NCBI GenBank assembly: GCA_965218195.1 | Contig: OZ244593.1 | Location: 310,893-374,892, forward strand | Reading direction: 5' to 3' | DNA from: Chloroflexota bacterium | GTDB taxonomy: Bacteria; Chloroflexota; UBA11872; VXNJ01 | Length of the DNA stretch: 64,000 bases | Part shown: positions 18,053-28,388 of the stretch, one piece after another | Numbering within the stretch: the first letter of the stretch is position 1 | Layout: every line of letters begins with the position of its first letter | Made by a program: the position numbers and the translations under genes | The notes under the pieces: generated by a model | What the model was told of the DNA's origin: nothing | Databases searched by the model: none | Seen by the model: only the letters and a program-made list of their open reading frames with translations

Positions 18053-18091
18053 GATTCGCGAGCGGACGCAGTTCAGGCGGTCCCCCTCGAC

Positions 18092-18928
18092 CTAGCCGGC
18101 TCCGCCAAGCAGCTCGTCAAGGGCTTCTTTCGCCGTTGCGAAGAGCTCGGGACCCGTTACCCCATAGCTCCTGGCGCGGATCTTCAGATGCGGTTCCAGC
18201 GACAGATATTCTCCAATCTGCTCCGCTTGGGCCGCCTCCAGCAGCGCTTTCCAATTTGCAACGCCGCGTCCCGCCGGAACCATTTTCTTGTCCGCGGTCG
18301 CGTCTTTCACGTGGAAATACCGGACATAGCCTTTCAGCAGCGGCCATGCCTGCGTGACCGGATCGACGCCGGCCACCACGAAATTGCAGGGGTCGAAAGC
18401 CATTCCGAGATTCGGCGAGTCGACCGTTTGCAGCACGTCCAGGCAACCCTCGGGCGTCTCGCCGTAAAGGTCCGATTCGTTCTCCAGAGCCAGCGTCACG
18501 CCCGGCGCTTCAGCGCGGGCCACCTCGCACAACTTCCCGAGCCTGCGCATTACCTCATCGCGATGCGCCCGGATGTCTCCGCCGTCGGGCGGGTAATAAG
18601 AGAATATTCGGATATACGGCGCTTCAAGCCGGCGCGCGGCGCGCAGCGCTCCACGAAACCGCTCGAGATCGCCTTCGAACGGCGCGTCTATTCGATACTT
18701 GCCCACCGGCGAACCGATCGCCGAGCACCTCATACCGGCGTCGGCCAAAGCCGAGGCTATGCCGTCGAGGTCCTCGGAAGTTGCGTCGACGATGACTTTC
18801 TTGTCGCCGCCCGGAAGCTGGAACTGGCGAATTTCAATGAATGGGATGCCGAGCTCGGTCATGTGCCGGAGCTGGTCGGGGAAGAGGTCGGTTATCTCGT
18901 CGCCGAATCCGCTGATCTGCCAAACCAT
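18092..18928 (-). CDS. Sugar phosphate isomerase/epimerase (xylose-isomerase-like TIM barrel)
   Basis: SGFGDEI, LALENE, FDPCNF, YFHVKDA, LSLEPH. Confidence 0.85.
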   Translation of the reverse strand: MVWQISGFGDEITDLFPDQLRHMTELGIPFIEIRQFQLPGGDKKVIVDATSEDLDGIASALADAGMRCSAIGSPVGKYRIDAPFEGDLERFRGALRAARRLEAPYIRIFSYYPPDGGDIRAHRDEVMRRLGKLCEVARAEAPGVTLALENESDLYGETPEGCLDVLQTVDSPNLGMAFDPCNFVVAGVDPVTQAWPLLKGYVRYFHVKDATADKKMVPAGRGVANWKALLEAAQAEQIGEYLSLEPHLKIRARSYGVTGPELFATAKEALDELLGGAG

Positions 18929-19000
18929 GCAGGCGCCCTCCGCCCAGGTATGGCCTCCCCCAAGACATCGAGAGTATAAGCTCCGCCGGTCTGGTTGGCT

Positions 19001-20806
19001 TTAACGCCCCAGTACGGCCGTAAACGCCTCCTGCGGGATTTCCACGTTGCCGAGCCGTTTCATTCGCTTCTTGCCTTCCCGTTGCCGTTCCAGAAGCTTG
19101 CGTTTTCGGGTCACGTCGCCGCCGTAGCACTTGGCCAAAACGTCCTTGCGAACGGCCGGCACCGTTTCCCGCGCAATGATCTTCCCGTCAATCGCCGCCT
19201 GCACGGCCACCTGGAACATCTGCCTGGGAATCAGCTTGCGCAGCCGCTGCGCAAGCTCTTTTCCGATCTTCTGAGAGTTGGTCCGGCTGGCCACGGTCGA
19301 AAGAGCGTCGACGACGTTGCCGTTGACCAGAATGTCGATTCGAACGACATCCGTCAGCCTGTACTCGGTCACGGAGTAGTCCATCGAGGCGTAGCCGCGA
19401 GACACGGACTTGAGCCTGTCGAAGAAATCGATCAGAAGCTCGGACAGAGGCGTCTTGAACGTCAGCAGCACCCGCTTCGGTTCCAGGTACTCGATCGCGC
19501 CGTGCTCGCCCCGGCTTTGCCTCACCATCTCCATGATCACGCCTATGTACTCAGACGGCGCGACTATGCTCAATTCCGCCCAGGGTTCCTTGACGGCCGC
19601 AATCCTGTTCCGGTCTGGCATGTTTCCCGGACCATCGACCTCGATCGTTTCGCCGTCGACCGTGTCAACCCTGTATTGAACGCTTGGGTTGGTCGTAACC
19701 AGCGCCAGGTCGTATTCCCGTTCGAGCCGCTCGCGGACGATCCCCATGTGCAAGAGTCCAAGAAAACCGACTCTGAAACCGAATCCAAGCGCGCCCGAGT
19801 CCTCCGGCGCGAACGCCAGCGCCGAGTCGCTGAGCCTGAGCCTTTCGAGGGCCGACCGCAACCTCGAAAAATCGCCCGGATCCTCCGTATAGAAGCCGGC
19901 GAACACCATCGGCTTTGCCGGTTTGTACCCCGGTAAAGCCGTCGAAGCCGTGTCGCCGCTACGAATGACTGTGTCTCCCACCGGACAGTCGTGAACGTCT
20001 TTCAGACCGGTCCCGATGTAACCGACTTCGCCGGGAAACAGGCTGTCGACGGGTGTGAACTCCGGACTGAAGATGCCGACCTCCAACGCCTCGCCTTGCT
20101 TTTTCGTGCCGCTCAGGCGAATGGAGTCGTGCGCCGACACGAAACCGTCCACGACGCGCACGTAAGCCATAACTCCGCGATGCGGGTCGTAGCTCGAGTC
20201 GAACACCAGCGCCCGCAGCGACCTGGACAGCCCGCCCGCCGGCGGCGGAATTCGCTCCCTAATAGCTTCGAGCACGCCGGGCACGCCGGACCCGGTCTTG
20301 GCGGAAATGGCCAGGATTTCTGTCTCGTCATATCCCAGGATTTCGCTGATCTCGCGCCGAACCGCTTCGGTGCGGGCGGTGGCCATGTCGATCTTGTTGA
20401 CCACTGGGATTATTTCCAGGTCAAGCTCCATCGCCATATAGGTGTTGGCGATTGTCTGAGCTTCGATTCCCTGAGAGGCGTCCACCAGCAATACCGCCCC
20501 CTCGCAGGCCGCGAGCGCCCTGGAAACCTCGTAAGAGAAGTCCACGTGGCCGGGCGTGTCTATCAGATTGAGCTGAAACTTCTCCTCGTCCGGGGACTCG
20601 TAGGTCATGCGGACGGCCTTGGCTTTTATCGTGATGCCGTGCTCACGCTCGAGATCGAGCATGTCCATCACCTGGGACCGCATCTGCCGGCGGGAAACCG
20701 TTTGGGTTATCTCCAGCATTCGGTCGGCCAGCGTCGACTTGCCGTGGTCGATATGCGCGATGATGCAGAAATTGCGTATGTTGGCTTGAGGGATGTTCGC
20801 GCTCAT
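19001..20806 (-). CDS. lepA: Translation elongation factor 4
   Basis: IRNFCIIAHIDHGKSTLADR, LIDTPGHVDF, GFLGLLHM, KCYGGDVTRKRKLL. Confidence 0.98.
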   Translation of the reverse strand: MSANIPQANIRNFCIIAHIDHGKSTLADRMLEITQTVSRRQMRSQVMDMLDLEREHGITIKAKAVRMTYESPDEEKFQLNLIDTPGHVDFSYEVSRALAACEGAVLLVDASQGIEAQTIANTYMAMELDLEIIPVVNKIDMATARTEAVRREISEILGYDETEILAISAKTGSGVPGVLEAIRERIPPPAGGLSRSLRALVFDSSYDPHRGVMAYVRVVDGFVSAHDSIRLSGTKKQGEALEVGIFSPEFTPVDSLFPGEVGYIGTGLKDVHDCPVGDTVIRSGDTASTALPGYKPAKPMVFAGFYTEDPGDFSRLRSALERLRLSDSALAFAPEDSGALGFGFRVGFLGLLHMGIVRERLEREYDLALVTTNPSVQYRVDTVDGETIEVDGPGNMPDRNRIAAVKEPWAELSIVAPSEYIGVIMEMVRQSRGEHGAIEYLEPKRVLLTFKTPLSELLIDFFDRLKSVSRGYASMDYSVTEYRLTDVVRIDILVNGNVVDALSTVASRTNSQKIGKELAQRLRKLIPRQMFQVAVQAAIDGKIIARETVPAVRKDVLAKCYGGDVTRKRKLLERQREGKKRMKRLGNVEIPQEAFTAVLGR

Positions 20807-20820
20807 GCGCCGATTCTAGT

Positions 20821-22425
20821 TCAGGTATTGCGGGTCTGGTGCGACTTTCGAGGGGCGAGCCTGGCGCGCACTCTCCGGGCCAGCGCGAATAGCTCTTCCG
20901 ATCCAAGAGCTCCGGCGACTATCGCGAAAACTGCGGCGCCGAGCGCTATGTAGCCCGCGAGCAGTCCGAAATTCGGCAACGTCGAGCCGCCCTCCCACGT
21001 GTACCAGACCGCCCCGAAGACCGCGAGACCCATCGATGCCGAGGCGGCCAGCGTTCGCGCCGCCGACAGCGACGTCGCCCGATCGTAAGCCGCGGCCCGA
21101 AGCCTGCGGCGAAGGACGGCGTACAACAAGACCGCCTCCAACAGGACTCCTATAGATACGCCCAGCGCCAGCCCGTTTATCCCCATGGACAGTGACAGCA
21201 GCCACGAAATCAGCATGTGCAGCGCTACGGAGACGCTGCCGATGATTACCGGAGTCTTGGTGTCCTGCATGGAGTAGAAAGCGCGAGCCAGCACCTCGAC
21301 CGACCCGTGCCCCACCAGACCCACCGAGTAGAAGACGAGCGCCCCGGCGGTAAGCAAGGTGGCGGCGGCGTCGAACCTGTCGCGCTCGAACAGAACCGAC
21401 AGAACAGGCTCCGCGAGAACCCCCAGACCAACCGATGCCGGGATTACCAGAAACAGGACCCGCCGCAGCGCCCAGTGATACTCACGCGCAAGTCCGTCCC
21501 GGTCCCCCCGCGCCCATCTCGACGAAAACCCGGGCAGCGACGCCTCCGCGAACGGTATCGCCAGCACGCCCACCGGAAACAGCAGCAAAAGCCAGGCGTT
21601 GGCCAGCGCCGATACGGAGGCTGGTCCTATGAGCGAAGCCAGGAAATTGACAAAGAAGAAGCTGACCTGAATCACCGCAAAACCGAGCAGCCTCGGAACC
21701 ATCAGGGAGATCACGCGGACCACGCCCGGGTGTGCGACCACGGTTGAAAATGGAAAGGCGATGCCGATCCGGGCCAGTCCAACCTGCTGGATCGCCAGAT
21801 GAATAAACGCTCCCGCCACCGTTCCCCACACCAACCCCATAATCCCGTGCTGACCTGCCAGCAAAACTCCGCCGGCTATCGTTCCCATGTTGTAGAAGAC
21901 AGGCCCCGCGGCCGGAATCAGGAACCGGCGCTCGGACTGGCTTATCCCCTTCGCCACGGCCGCGAGGCCGAGCAAGAGCGGCGAGAGCATCAACCATCGC
22001 GTAGCCCTGGCCGTCAGTTCCTTCGTCGGCTCGTCGAATCCGGGGACTATCAAGTCTGTAAGCGGCTGGGCGAACACCGCGCCAAGCGCTCCGACGACGA
22101 TCATGAAGACGGCGACCAGATTGAACAGACCAGTCGCTAGCCGTCGAAGGTCCTTTCGATCATCCGAGTCTCTATAGCGCGTATAGACCGGAATCAGCGC
22201 CGAAACCAGCGCTCCTCCGGCGAACAGGGTAAACAGCGTGTCGGGGATCCGAAATGCCGCAAACCAGGCGTCCGCCTCGGGGCCCACGCCGAACAGAGAC
22301 GCGATTACGGCCTGTCTGACGAACCCCAGAATGCGGCTGGCAAGGTAGAAACAGACGAGAAGGGCCGCCGTCGCCGTGACTCCGTCCCCGATTCCGGCGT
22401 GGCGTTCTGTGGAAGGCTTAGCCAC
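20821..22425 (-). CDS. murJ: MurJ/MviN lipid II flippase family
   Basis: SRILGFVRQAVIA..FGVG..DAWFAAFRIPD; ARAFYSMQDTKTP. Confidence 0.9.
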   Translation of the reverse strand: MAKPSTERHAGIGDGVTATAALLVCFYLASRILGFVRQAVIASLFGVGPEADAWFAAFRIPDTLFTLFAGGALVSALIPVYTRYRDSDDRKDLRRLATGLFNLVAVFMIVVGALGAVFAQPLTDLIVPGFDEPTKELTARATRWLMLSPLLLGLAAVAKGISQSERRFLIPAAGPVFYNMGTIAGGVLLAGQHGIMGLVWGTVAGAFIHLAIQQVGLARIGIAFPFSTVVAHPGVVRVISLMVPRLLGFAVIQVSFFFVNFLASLIGPASVSALANAWLLLLFPVGVLAIPFAEASLPGFSSRWARGDRDGLAREYHWALRRVLFLVIPASVGLGVLAEPVLSVLFERDRFDAAATLLTAGALVFYSVGLVGHGSVEVLARAFYSMQDTKTPVIIGSVSVALHMLISWLLSLSMGINGLALGVSIGVLLEAVLLYAVLRRRLRAAAYDRATSLSAARTLAASASMGLAVFGAVWYTWEGGSTLPNFGLLAGYIALGAAVFAIVAGALGSEELFALARRVRARLAPRKSHQTRNT

Positions 22426-22519
22426 TAGCCACGGCGAGTTCCGATTATTCCGTTCACTCGCGGTAGTATGCCGGAGTTAACGGACGCCGTTTCAAAACTC
22501 GCCGCGTACTGACTCGAAC

Positions 22520-23827
22520 TTGCACAACTTCGACCCGTCAAACCTCGAGTTCGTGATCCTTTCTTTCGAGGGTCCCGACCAGCCTTATTCACAGGCTGGC
22601 GGCCTCGGCGTTCGGGTGACCAACTTGACCGAGGCGATGGCTCGAAAGGGATTCGCCACGCATCTCTTCTTCATAGGCGACCCCGATCTACCGAACTATG
22701 AAGAGCGCTTCGACGGAAACCTCAAGCTGAACCGCTGGTGCCAGTGGCAAAGCCGCCATCACCGGAGCGGCGTCTATGAGAACGAAAACTGGAAAGTCCT
22801 CGACTATCAGGAATCGATCCCCTGGCACGTTACCGAGTTCGTAATACGACCGGCAATCGAGGCGGGCAAATACGTGGCGGTCATCGCCGAGGACTGGCAG
22901 ACCGCCGACGCCTTGACCCGCCTGAGCGACTCGCTGCACTTCCACGGTCTGCGCGGCAAGTGCATATTGATGTGGAACGCCAACAACGACATGTCGTTCC
23001 ACCGCATCAACTGGGGCCGCGTGCAATATACGGCACAGGTCACCGCCGTAAGCCGGTACGTCAAACACCAGATTCGAGCGCTGGATTCCGACGCGCTCGT
23101 GATTCCGAACGGCATCTCCGGAAAGTTTCTGGAGCAGCCCTCGAAGTCCGACGTACGTTCTCTCCGAAACGCGGTTTCCGCCGAGATCTTCTTCTTCAAA
23201 ATCGGACGGATGGACCCCGACAAGGGCTGGCTCGAATCCGCCGACGCCATCGCGGAGCTGAAGCGCCGGGGCGTACGCGCCAGGCTGGTCTTCAAGGGAG
23301 GACTGCATGAATCGCATCGTGATGATTTTCTGGGACACGCCCGATGGCTGCGTCTCCGCGTGAACCAGGTCCACCTCGACGGCTCGTCCGTGCGGGACAT
23401 GGCCAAATCGCTCAGTCAGGTTGAGGCGGACGCCGACGTGATCGACATCCGGACGTTCATTCCGGACGAAGCGCTGCCCGCCTTTTACTCAGCGGCCGAT
23501 GGGACGCTGGCCAACAGCCTTTACGAACCATTTGGGATAGTAGGGCTGGAGGCCATGGCCGCCGGCGGCATAGCCTACGTGGGATCGACCGGCGAGGACT
23601 ACGCGATTTCCGGCCAGAATTCGATAGTCCTCGACACCGGTTCCGGCGAGGAGATCGCCTCGATGGCGATTGCCTTGCGCGAAGACCGGGACTGGAGCGT
23701 GAGGGTTCGCCGGACAGGTCGCGAGCTGGCAACACTGTTCACCTGGGATAATTCCATCGAAATAATGATTAAGAAACTGCCGCTTATGGCGGTCAGACAG
23801 GGTGTGGAGCCGCAAACCGGTGGCTGA
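22520..23827 (+). CDS. Glycosyltransferase family 4
   Basis: AGGLG N-terminal motif; EPFGIVGLEAMAAG. Confidence 0.85.
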   Translation: MHNFDPSNLEFVILSFEGPDQPYSQAGGLGVRVTNLTEAMARKGFATHLFFIGDPDLPNYEERFDGNLKLNRWCQWQSRHHRSGVYENENWKVLDYQESIPWHVTEFVIRPAIEAGKYVAVIAEDWQTADALTRLSDSLHFHGLRGKCILMWNANNDMSFHRINWGRVQYTAQVTAVSRYVKHQIRALDSDALVIPNGISGKFLEQPSKSDVRSLRNAVSAEIFFFKIGRMDPDKGWLESADAIAELKRRGVRARLVFKGGLHESHRDDFLGHARWLRLRVNQVHLDGSSVRDMAKSLSQVEADADVIDIRTFIPDEALPAFYSAADGTLANSLYEPFGIVGLEAMAAGGIAYVGSTGEDYAISGQNSIVLDTGSGEEIASMAIALREDRDWSVRVRRTGRELATLFTWDNSIEIMIKKLPLMAVRQGVEPQTGG

Positions 23828-25025
23828 GAATCTCGTAATCTACTCGCTCGTCCACCAGCCTCGACGGGTGCGCCTGCCCGCCCGGCCAATCCCCAAGGCC
23901 GCGACGCCCGAAGAAGTCGAGCGACTGCTATTCGATTCCGAGCTGGACAAACACTACCTCGACGTTATCGCCAGGTGGAGCTACAAACCCGCCTGCGAGA
24001 CCTGGCGTCGAATGCTCCAAGACGGGATGAAGCTGGGTATCGGATTCTCGATGTCCGCGCTCAGGCAGTTTGAACTGTGGCATCCTGACCTTCTCGAAGA
24101 CTTCCAGGGGCTGGCAGCCCATCCAAACGCCGAGCTGATCGGGGTGGAGCCGTATCACGGCGTCTCTCTGCTTTTCGATCTCCGGCTCTTCATCCAGCTG
24201 ATGCAAGAAATGAAGTCGCGGATGAGAAGCTGCTTCGGAGTGGAACCGGTGATAACGGACACCACCGAGATGATGATGTCGTCCGACATCTACGCCGCCA
24301 TCGAAGCGGCCGGGTTTTCGGGGACGTTCATGGACGGACGGCCCTGGGTGATGGAATGGCGCTCCGCCGCGCACCTGTACCACTCTGGCGGCGGCCCGAA
24401 GATCCTCGTAAGGCATTTCGATCTCAGCGACGACGTAGGGTACAGGTTTTCAAACAAAGGCTGGGACGGCTGGCCGCTGACGGCAAGCGATTATGCAACA
24501 CGGATTGCGGACGTCGAGGGCGAGGTCGTCACGCTCGCGTGGGACTTCGAGACGTTCGGTCATCACCACGACCACGGCAGCGGTATTTTCGAGTTTCTCG
24601 CGGCTCTGCCCGCCGAGCTAAAACGGCGCGGCGTTCGATGCCTGACGCCAGGCGAGGCAGTCGCCGCGCTCGGCCCGCAAAGCCACGACATCCCGCTCCC
24701 GCCGTTTCCCGTAACCTGGGCCGGACTCCATGGCGGGCAAGAGTTCTTTGTCGGAAACGACCTTCAGCAAGCCGTATTCCGCCTGATGGTGGTCGCCATG
24801 AATCACGCCCGGCTCCTCGACAATCCCGAATTCAAGACGATAGCTCTCTGGCTTTTGCAGTCCGACAACCTGCACTGGCTGCAATGGGTCGCCGGCGCCG
24901 GATCCGAAGCGGAAGTTTCCGCATACTTCACGCCGAAACCGTGGCGGCGTCTGGGCGTCGATCGAATGGTCTGGGAGCATCAGTGCGTCTACAAGAACTT
25001 CATCGACGCAATGACCCGGGCGTAA
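23820..25025 (+). CDS. Glycoside hydrolase family 57
   Basis: VHQPRR, PYHG, TDTTEMM, WDFETFGHH; GTG start overlaps the GT4 stop. Confidence 0.85.
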   Translation: MAENLVIYSLVHQPRRVRLPARPIPKAATPEEVERLLFDSELDKHYLDVIARWSYKPACETWRRMLQDGMKLGIGFSMSALRQFELWHPDLLEDFQGLAAHPNAELIGVEPYHGVSLLFDLRLFIQLMQEMKSRMRSCFGVEPVITDTTEMMMSSDIYAAIEAAGFSGTFMDGRPWVMEWRSAAHLYHSGGGPKILVRHFDLSDDVGYRFSNKGWDGWPLTASDYATRIADVEGEVVTLAWDFETFGHHHDHGSGIFEFLAALPAELKRRGVRCLTPGEAVAALGPQSHDIPLPPFPVTWAGLHGGQEFFVGNDLQQAVFRLMVVAMNHARLLDNPEFKTIALWLLQSDNLHWLQWVAGAGSEAEVSAYFTPKPWRRLGVDRMVWEHQCVYKNFIDAMTRA

Positions 25026-25032
25026 TCGAGCC

Positions 25033-25596
25033 GTGAAGGACTACAGAAAGCAGATCGCGCTTCGCGACGGCAGGGAGGTCCTGCTCCGTTCGCCCGATCC
25101 CGCCGACGCGAAGCGAATCTTCGACTGGTTTACCGAGCTCATTGCCGAAGACACCTTTATTGCGGCGCCGCCTTCAGCCCGGCCGACGCTGGAGGGCGAG
25201 CAGAAGTTCCTCGAAAACATGCTGGGGCGTACCGAGTCCGGCGACGCGCTGCATCTCTACGCGGAGGACTCGCGCGGTCAATTCGTGGGTCATATGGGTA
25301 TTGACAGACATCGCGGTAGGCATACGCATTGCGCCGAGCTCGCCACCTCCGTGTCCAGGGGCTGGCGGGATTGCGGACTTGGAACGGCGCTAATGCGCGC
25401 GCATCTGGCCGAGATACACCGGCTCGACCTTCGCACGCTGTTCCTGGGCGTCCTCGCCAACAATCCGCGCGCCATTCACTTGTATGCGAAGTTCGGCTTC
25501 CGGGAATGCGGACGCCGTCCCGACTACGCTCTCTACAAAGGCGAATTCGTAGATTTGATCGACATGTTTCTGCCGGTTTCCGACATCAAGATCTAG
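25033..25596 (+). CDS. GNAT N-acetyltransferase
   Basis: WRDCGLGTALM motif; NNPRAIHLYAKFGFRECG. Confidence 0.85.
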   Translation: MKDYRKQIALRDGREVLLRSPDPADAKRIFDWFTELIAEDTFIAAPPSARPTLEGEQKFLENMLGRTESGDALHLYAEDSRGQFVGHMGIDRHRGRHTHCAELATSVSRGWRDCGLGTALMRAHLAEIHRLDLRTLFLGVLANNPRAIHLYAKFGFRECGRRPDYALYKGEFVDLIDMFLPVSDIKI

Positions 25597-25638
25597 CGCC
25601 GCAAGCTTCATTGCGGCGTCGCGGCTTCCGTGGATGGT

Positions 25639-26025
25639 CTATTCGACCAGAGCTTCGATCCTGACCCTCGCGCCCGACCGTATCGCCCGCAATTCCGCAA
25701 CAGGCGTCGACCGCAGACTCCCGACCACGTTCACCGGACTGGCGGCCCGAATGTCATCAGGTCCGTGACTTGCGGGAGTCGGTCCGAAAAATATGCAAAA
25801 AGCATTGCCGGGCGGCCAGTAGGCCAGGTCGCCAAGCTCGACGGCGGCGCTCGCGCCGGGTTCCGCGTCGGCTTGCACCGGAATTCCGAAATAGTGCTCG
25901 TCGCCCCAAGTGTTGATTGTCGTTTCGATTGGAAGAGCGCCGGCTATCGCCCTGGCCGTCGCGGTGTCCGAAAGGTCGGCGCTCAACTCCAATTCGCCGT
26001 TCAAGCTGATCTTGATTGCCTGCAT
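25639..26025 (-). CDS. Cyclophilin-like fold protein (DUF369/TM1367-like)
   Basis: TWGDEHYF, GDLAYWPPGNAFCIFFGPTP, ASPVNVVG. Confidence 0.85.
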   Translation of the reverse strand: MQAIKISLNGELELSADLSDTATARAIAGALPIETTINTWGDEHYFGIPVQADAEPGASAAVELGDLAYWPPGNAFCIFFGPTPASHGPDDIRAASPVNVVGSLRSTPVAELRAIRSGARVRIEALVE

Positions 26026-26102
26026 TTGTCGCCTCCGGTCTGGTTTGTACGGAATTCTAATAGCCCCGCTCGGATGCGCGGAGCCGGCAAGGCGCGACCG
26101 TT

Positions 26103-26108
26103 TATAAT
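26103..26108 (+). promoter_or_regulatory. Possible -10 box of the arg operon
   Basis: Perfect TATAAT 26 nt upstream of argC in GC-rich DNA; no consensus -35. Confidence 0.35.
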
Positions 26109-26134
26109 TCGAGTTTCATTCGGGGGTTCGGCGG

Positions 26135-27169
26135 ATGCAGGTCGGAATCATCAACGGCACCAGCTATTTCGGGCTTGATCTGATTCGTTTGCTGTCGGCT
26201 CATCCCGAAACCGAGATAGCCGCAATTACCGCGCGGTCTCACGCCGGCGATCGATTCGGCGACGTATTCCCGCACGTCGCTGGCCTGGCTTGCGGATCGC
26301 GGCTGAGCCGGATGCGGCTTACGGAAACGATTGAAGCCGGCGTCGACATCGTTTTCTCCTGCCTGCCTCACGCCGCTTCGGCCGAGGCGCTGCTTCCGTT
26401 CATCGAGCAGGGTGTTCCCGTCATCGACGTTAGCGCCGACTTCCGTCTCAAAGACTTGGCCGTCTACGAGAAGTGGTATGGAGTGCCCCATCCGGCCCCG
26501 CGGCTTCTCGACGGCGCGGTCTACGGCCTTACCGAGATTCACAGGGACGAAATATCACAAACCAAGATTGTGGGGAACCCGGGGTGCTATCCGACCGCCG
26601 CCATTCTTGCCCTGGCGCCCGCCGTCGCCGAGGGATTCGTGGAGCACTCCTTCATCGTCGATGCAAAATCCGGCATTTCCGGCGGCGGCCGCTCGCTGCG
26701 TCTCGACAACCACTATTCAGAGGTGAATGAAAGCGTTCACGCGTATGCCGTCAGCGGGCACCGTCACGTTCCCGAGATGGTGCAGGAACTGTCCGCGATC
26801 GCCGGAACTGCCGTCTCTGTTACATTCGTTCCCCATCTCGTGCCCATGACTCGCGGCATACTCGCCACCTGTTACGCCACGTTGAAGGAATCCGTCACGC
26901 AGGCGCAACTCGTAGACTTGTACCAATCGGCCTATGCCAACGATCCCTTCGTACTGGTAACCGACGCGCCGCCGAGAACGAAATGGACGTATTCAAGCAA
27001 CTACTGCGCGCTGAACGCGACGCTCAACGAGACGGGAGACGTTGTGATCGTTACCGCGGCGCTCGACAATCTGGTCAAGGGAGCCGCCGGCGAGGCGCTG
27101 CAAAACGCGAACGTAATGATGGGAATCGAAGAAACCACGGGACTCTCGGCCCCTCCGATCTACCCCTAG
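26135..27169 (+). CDS. argC: N-acetyl-gamma-glutamyl-phosphate reductase
   Basis: FSCLPH, DVSADFRLKD, NPGCYPTA, DNLVKGAAG. Confidence 0.95.
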   Translation: MQVGIINGTSYFGLDLIRLLSAHPETEIAAITARSHAGDRFGDVFPHVAGLACGSRLSRMRLTETIEAGVDIVFSCLPHAASAEALLPFIEQGVPVIDVSADFRLKDLAVYEKWYGVPHPAPRLLDGAVYGLTEIHRDEISQTKIVGNPGCYPTAAILALAPAVAEGFVEHSFIVDAKSGISGGGRSLRLDNHYSEVNESVHAYAVSGHRHVPEMVQELSAIAGTAVSVTFVPHLVPMTRGILATCYATLKESVTQAQLVDLYQSAYANDPFVLVTDAPPRTKWTYSSNYCALNATLNETGDVVIVTAALDNLVKGAAGEALQNANVMMGIEETTGLSAPPIYP

Positions 27170-27173
27170 GACT

Positions 27174-28388
27174 ATGACCTTGCTCGACAACTGCAAACTG
27201 GTTGAAGGCGGAATCGCCGCGCCGTCAGGCTTCGTCGCCGGCGGTGCGGTGGCGGGCATCAAGCCGTCCGGCAATTCGGACCTGGCCGGCGTCTTTTCCG
27301 AGGCGGGAGAATGTTCGGCGGCCGGCGTCTTTACCACCAACGTAGTCAAGGCGCCGTCGATTCGCTACAACCGGGCCGTAGTGGGCCGGGGGCGCGCTCA
27401 GGCGATTGTCTGCAACAGCGGAATCGCCAACGCCTGTACCGGTCAGGGCGGATTCGAGGACAACATGCGGATGGCCTCCGCAATGGCCTCCAGAGTGGCG
27501 ATATCTTCGGACCTGGTCCTCGTCTGCTCCACCGGCGTCATCGGCCACCGGCTTCCCATGGAAAAGATCGAGAGCGGAATCGGCGGTCTCCGGCTTACGC
27601 TCGACGGCGGCCCGCGCGCCGCCGAAGCCATCATGACCACGGACACGTTTGCCAAGTACGCCGCGCTCGAGCTCGACACGCCCGCCGGCCCCGTGCGCAT
27701 CGGCGGAATGTGCAAGGGAGCGGGGATGATTCATCCCAACATGGCGACCATGCTCGCGTTCCTTTCCACGGACGCCGCGATCGACGCCGATCTGCTTAAG
27801 ACGATCCTGATAAAAGCCGTCGACGACAGCTTCAACATGATCTCGATCGATGGCGACACCTCGACCAACGACTCCGTGTTGTTCCTCGCCAACGGCGCGT
27901 CGGGCGTGACTATCGGGCCGGACGCCGCCGTGCTCGAGGAGTTCAGCGGCGCGCTGGGCGGGTTGTGCGTGCGGTTGGCGAAGGAGATCATTCGGGGCGG
28001 AGAGGGAGTTTCCAAGGTTTTCGCGGTAACGGTCCGGGGGGCGGCCTCGACAACGCAAGCCCGAACGATCGCCCGGTCCGTCACAACGTCCAACCTGCTG
28101 AAAGCCGCCGTTCACGGCTCCGATCCCAACTGGGGCCGGATTCTTTGCGCCGCCGGCTACAGCGGAGCCAACTTCGATCCCGACCGTACCGACGTCTGGA
28201 TAGGCCCCTACCAGGTGTTCGGCGGGGGCGTCCCCCGACAATATCCCGAAGCCGACGCCTCCAGCTACCTTGACGGGCCGGAGTCCGAGATCGTGATCGA
28301 CCTGCGCGTGGGGCCTTCGTCGGCCGTCGCCTGGGGATGCGATCTGAGCAAGGAATACGTCGAGATCAACGCGGAATACACAACGTGA
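27174..28388 (+). CDS. argJ: Bifunctional ornithine acetyltransferase
   Basis: NSGIANACTG, KGAGMIHPNMATML, DGDTSTNDS, DPNWGR, NAEYTT. Confidence 0.97.
   Translation: MTLLDNCKLVEGGIAAPSGFVAGGAVAGIKPSGNSDLAGVFSEAGECSAAGVFTTNVVKAPSIRYNRAVVGRGRAQAIVCNSGIANACTGQGGFEDNMRMASAMASRVAISSDLVLVCSTGVIGHRLPMEKIESGIGGLRLTLDGGPRAAEAIMTTDTFAKYAALELDTPAGPVRIGGMCKGAGMIHPNMATMLAFLSTDAAIDADLLKTILIKAVDDSFNMISIDGDTSTNDSVLFLANGASGVTIGPDAAVLEEFSGALGGLCVRLAKEIIRGGEGVSKVFAVTVRGAASTTQARTIARSVTTSNLLKAAVHGSDPNWGRILCAAGYSGANFDPDRTDVWIGPYQVFGGGVPRQYPEADASSYLDGPESEIVIDLRVGPSSAVAWGCDLSKEYVEINAEYTT

Noticed and set aside
17345-18979. 544-aa plus-strand ORF with R/W/S-rich repeats
   Set aside because: Antisense read of the PT-repeat stalk and the TIM-barrel gene.
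18995-19936. 313-aa antisense ORF
   Set aside because: Shadow of lepA.
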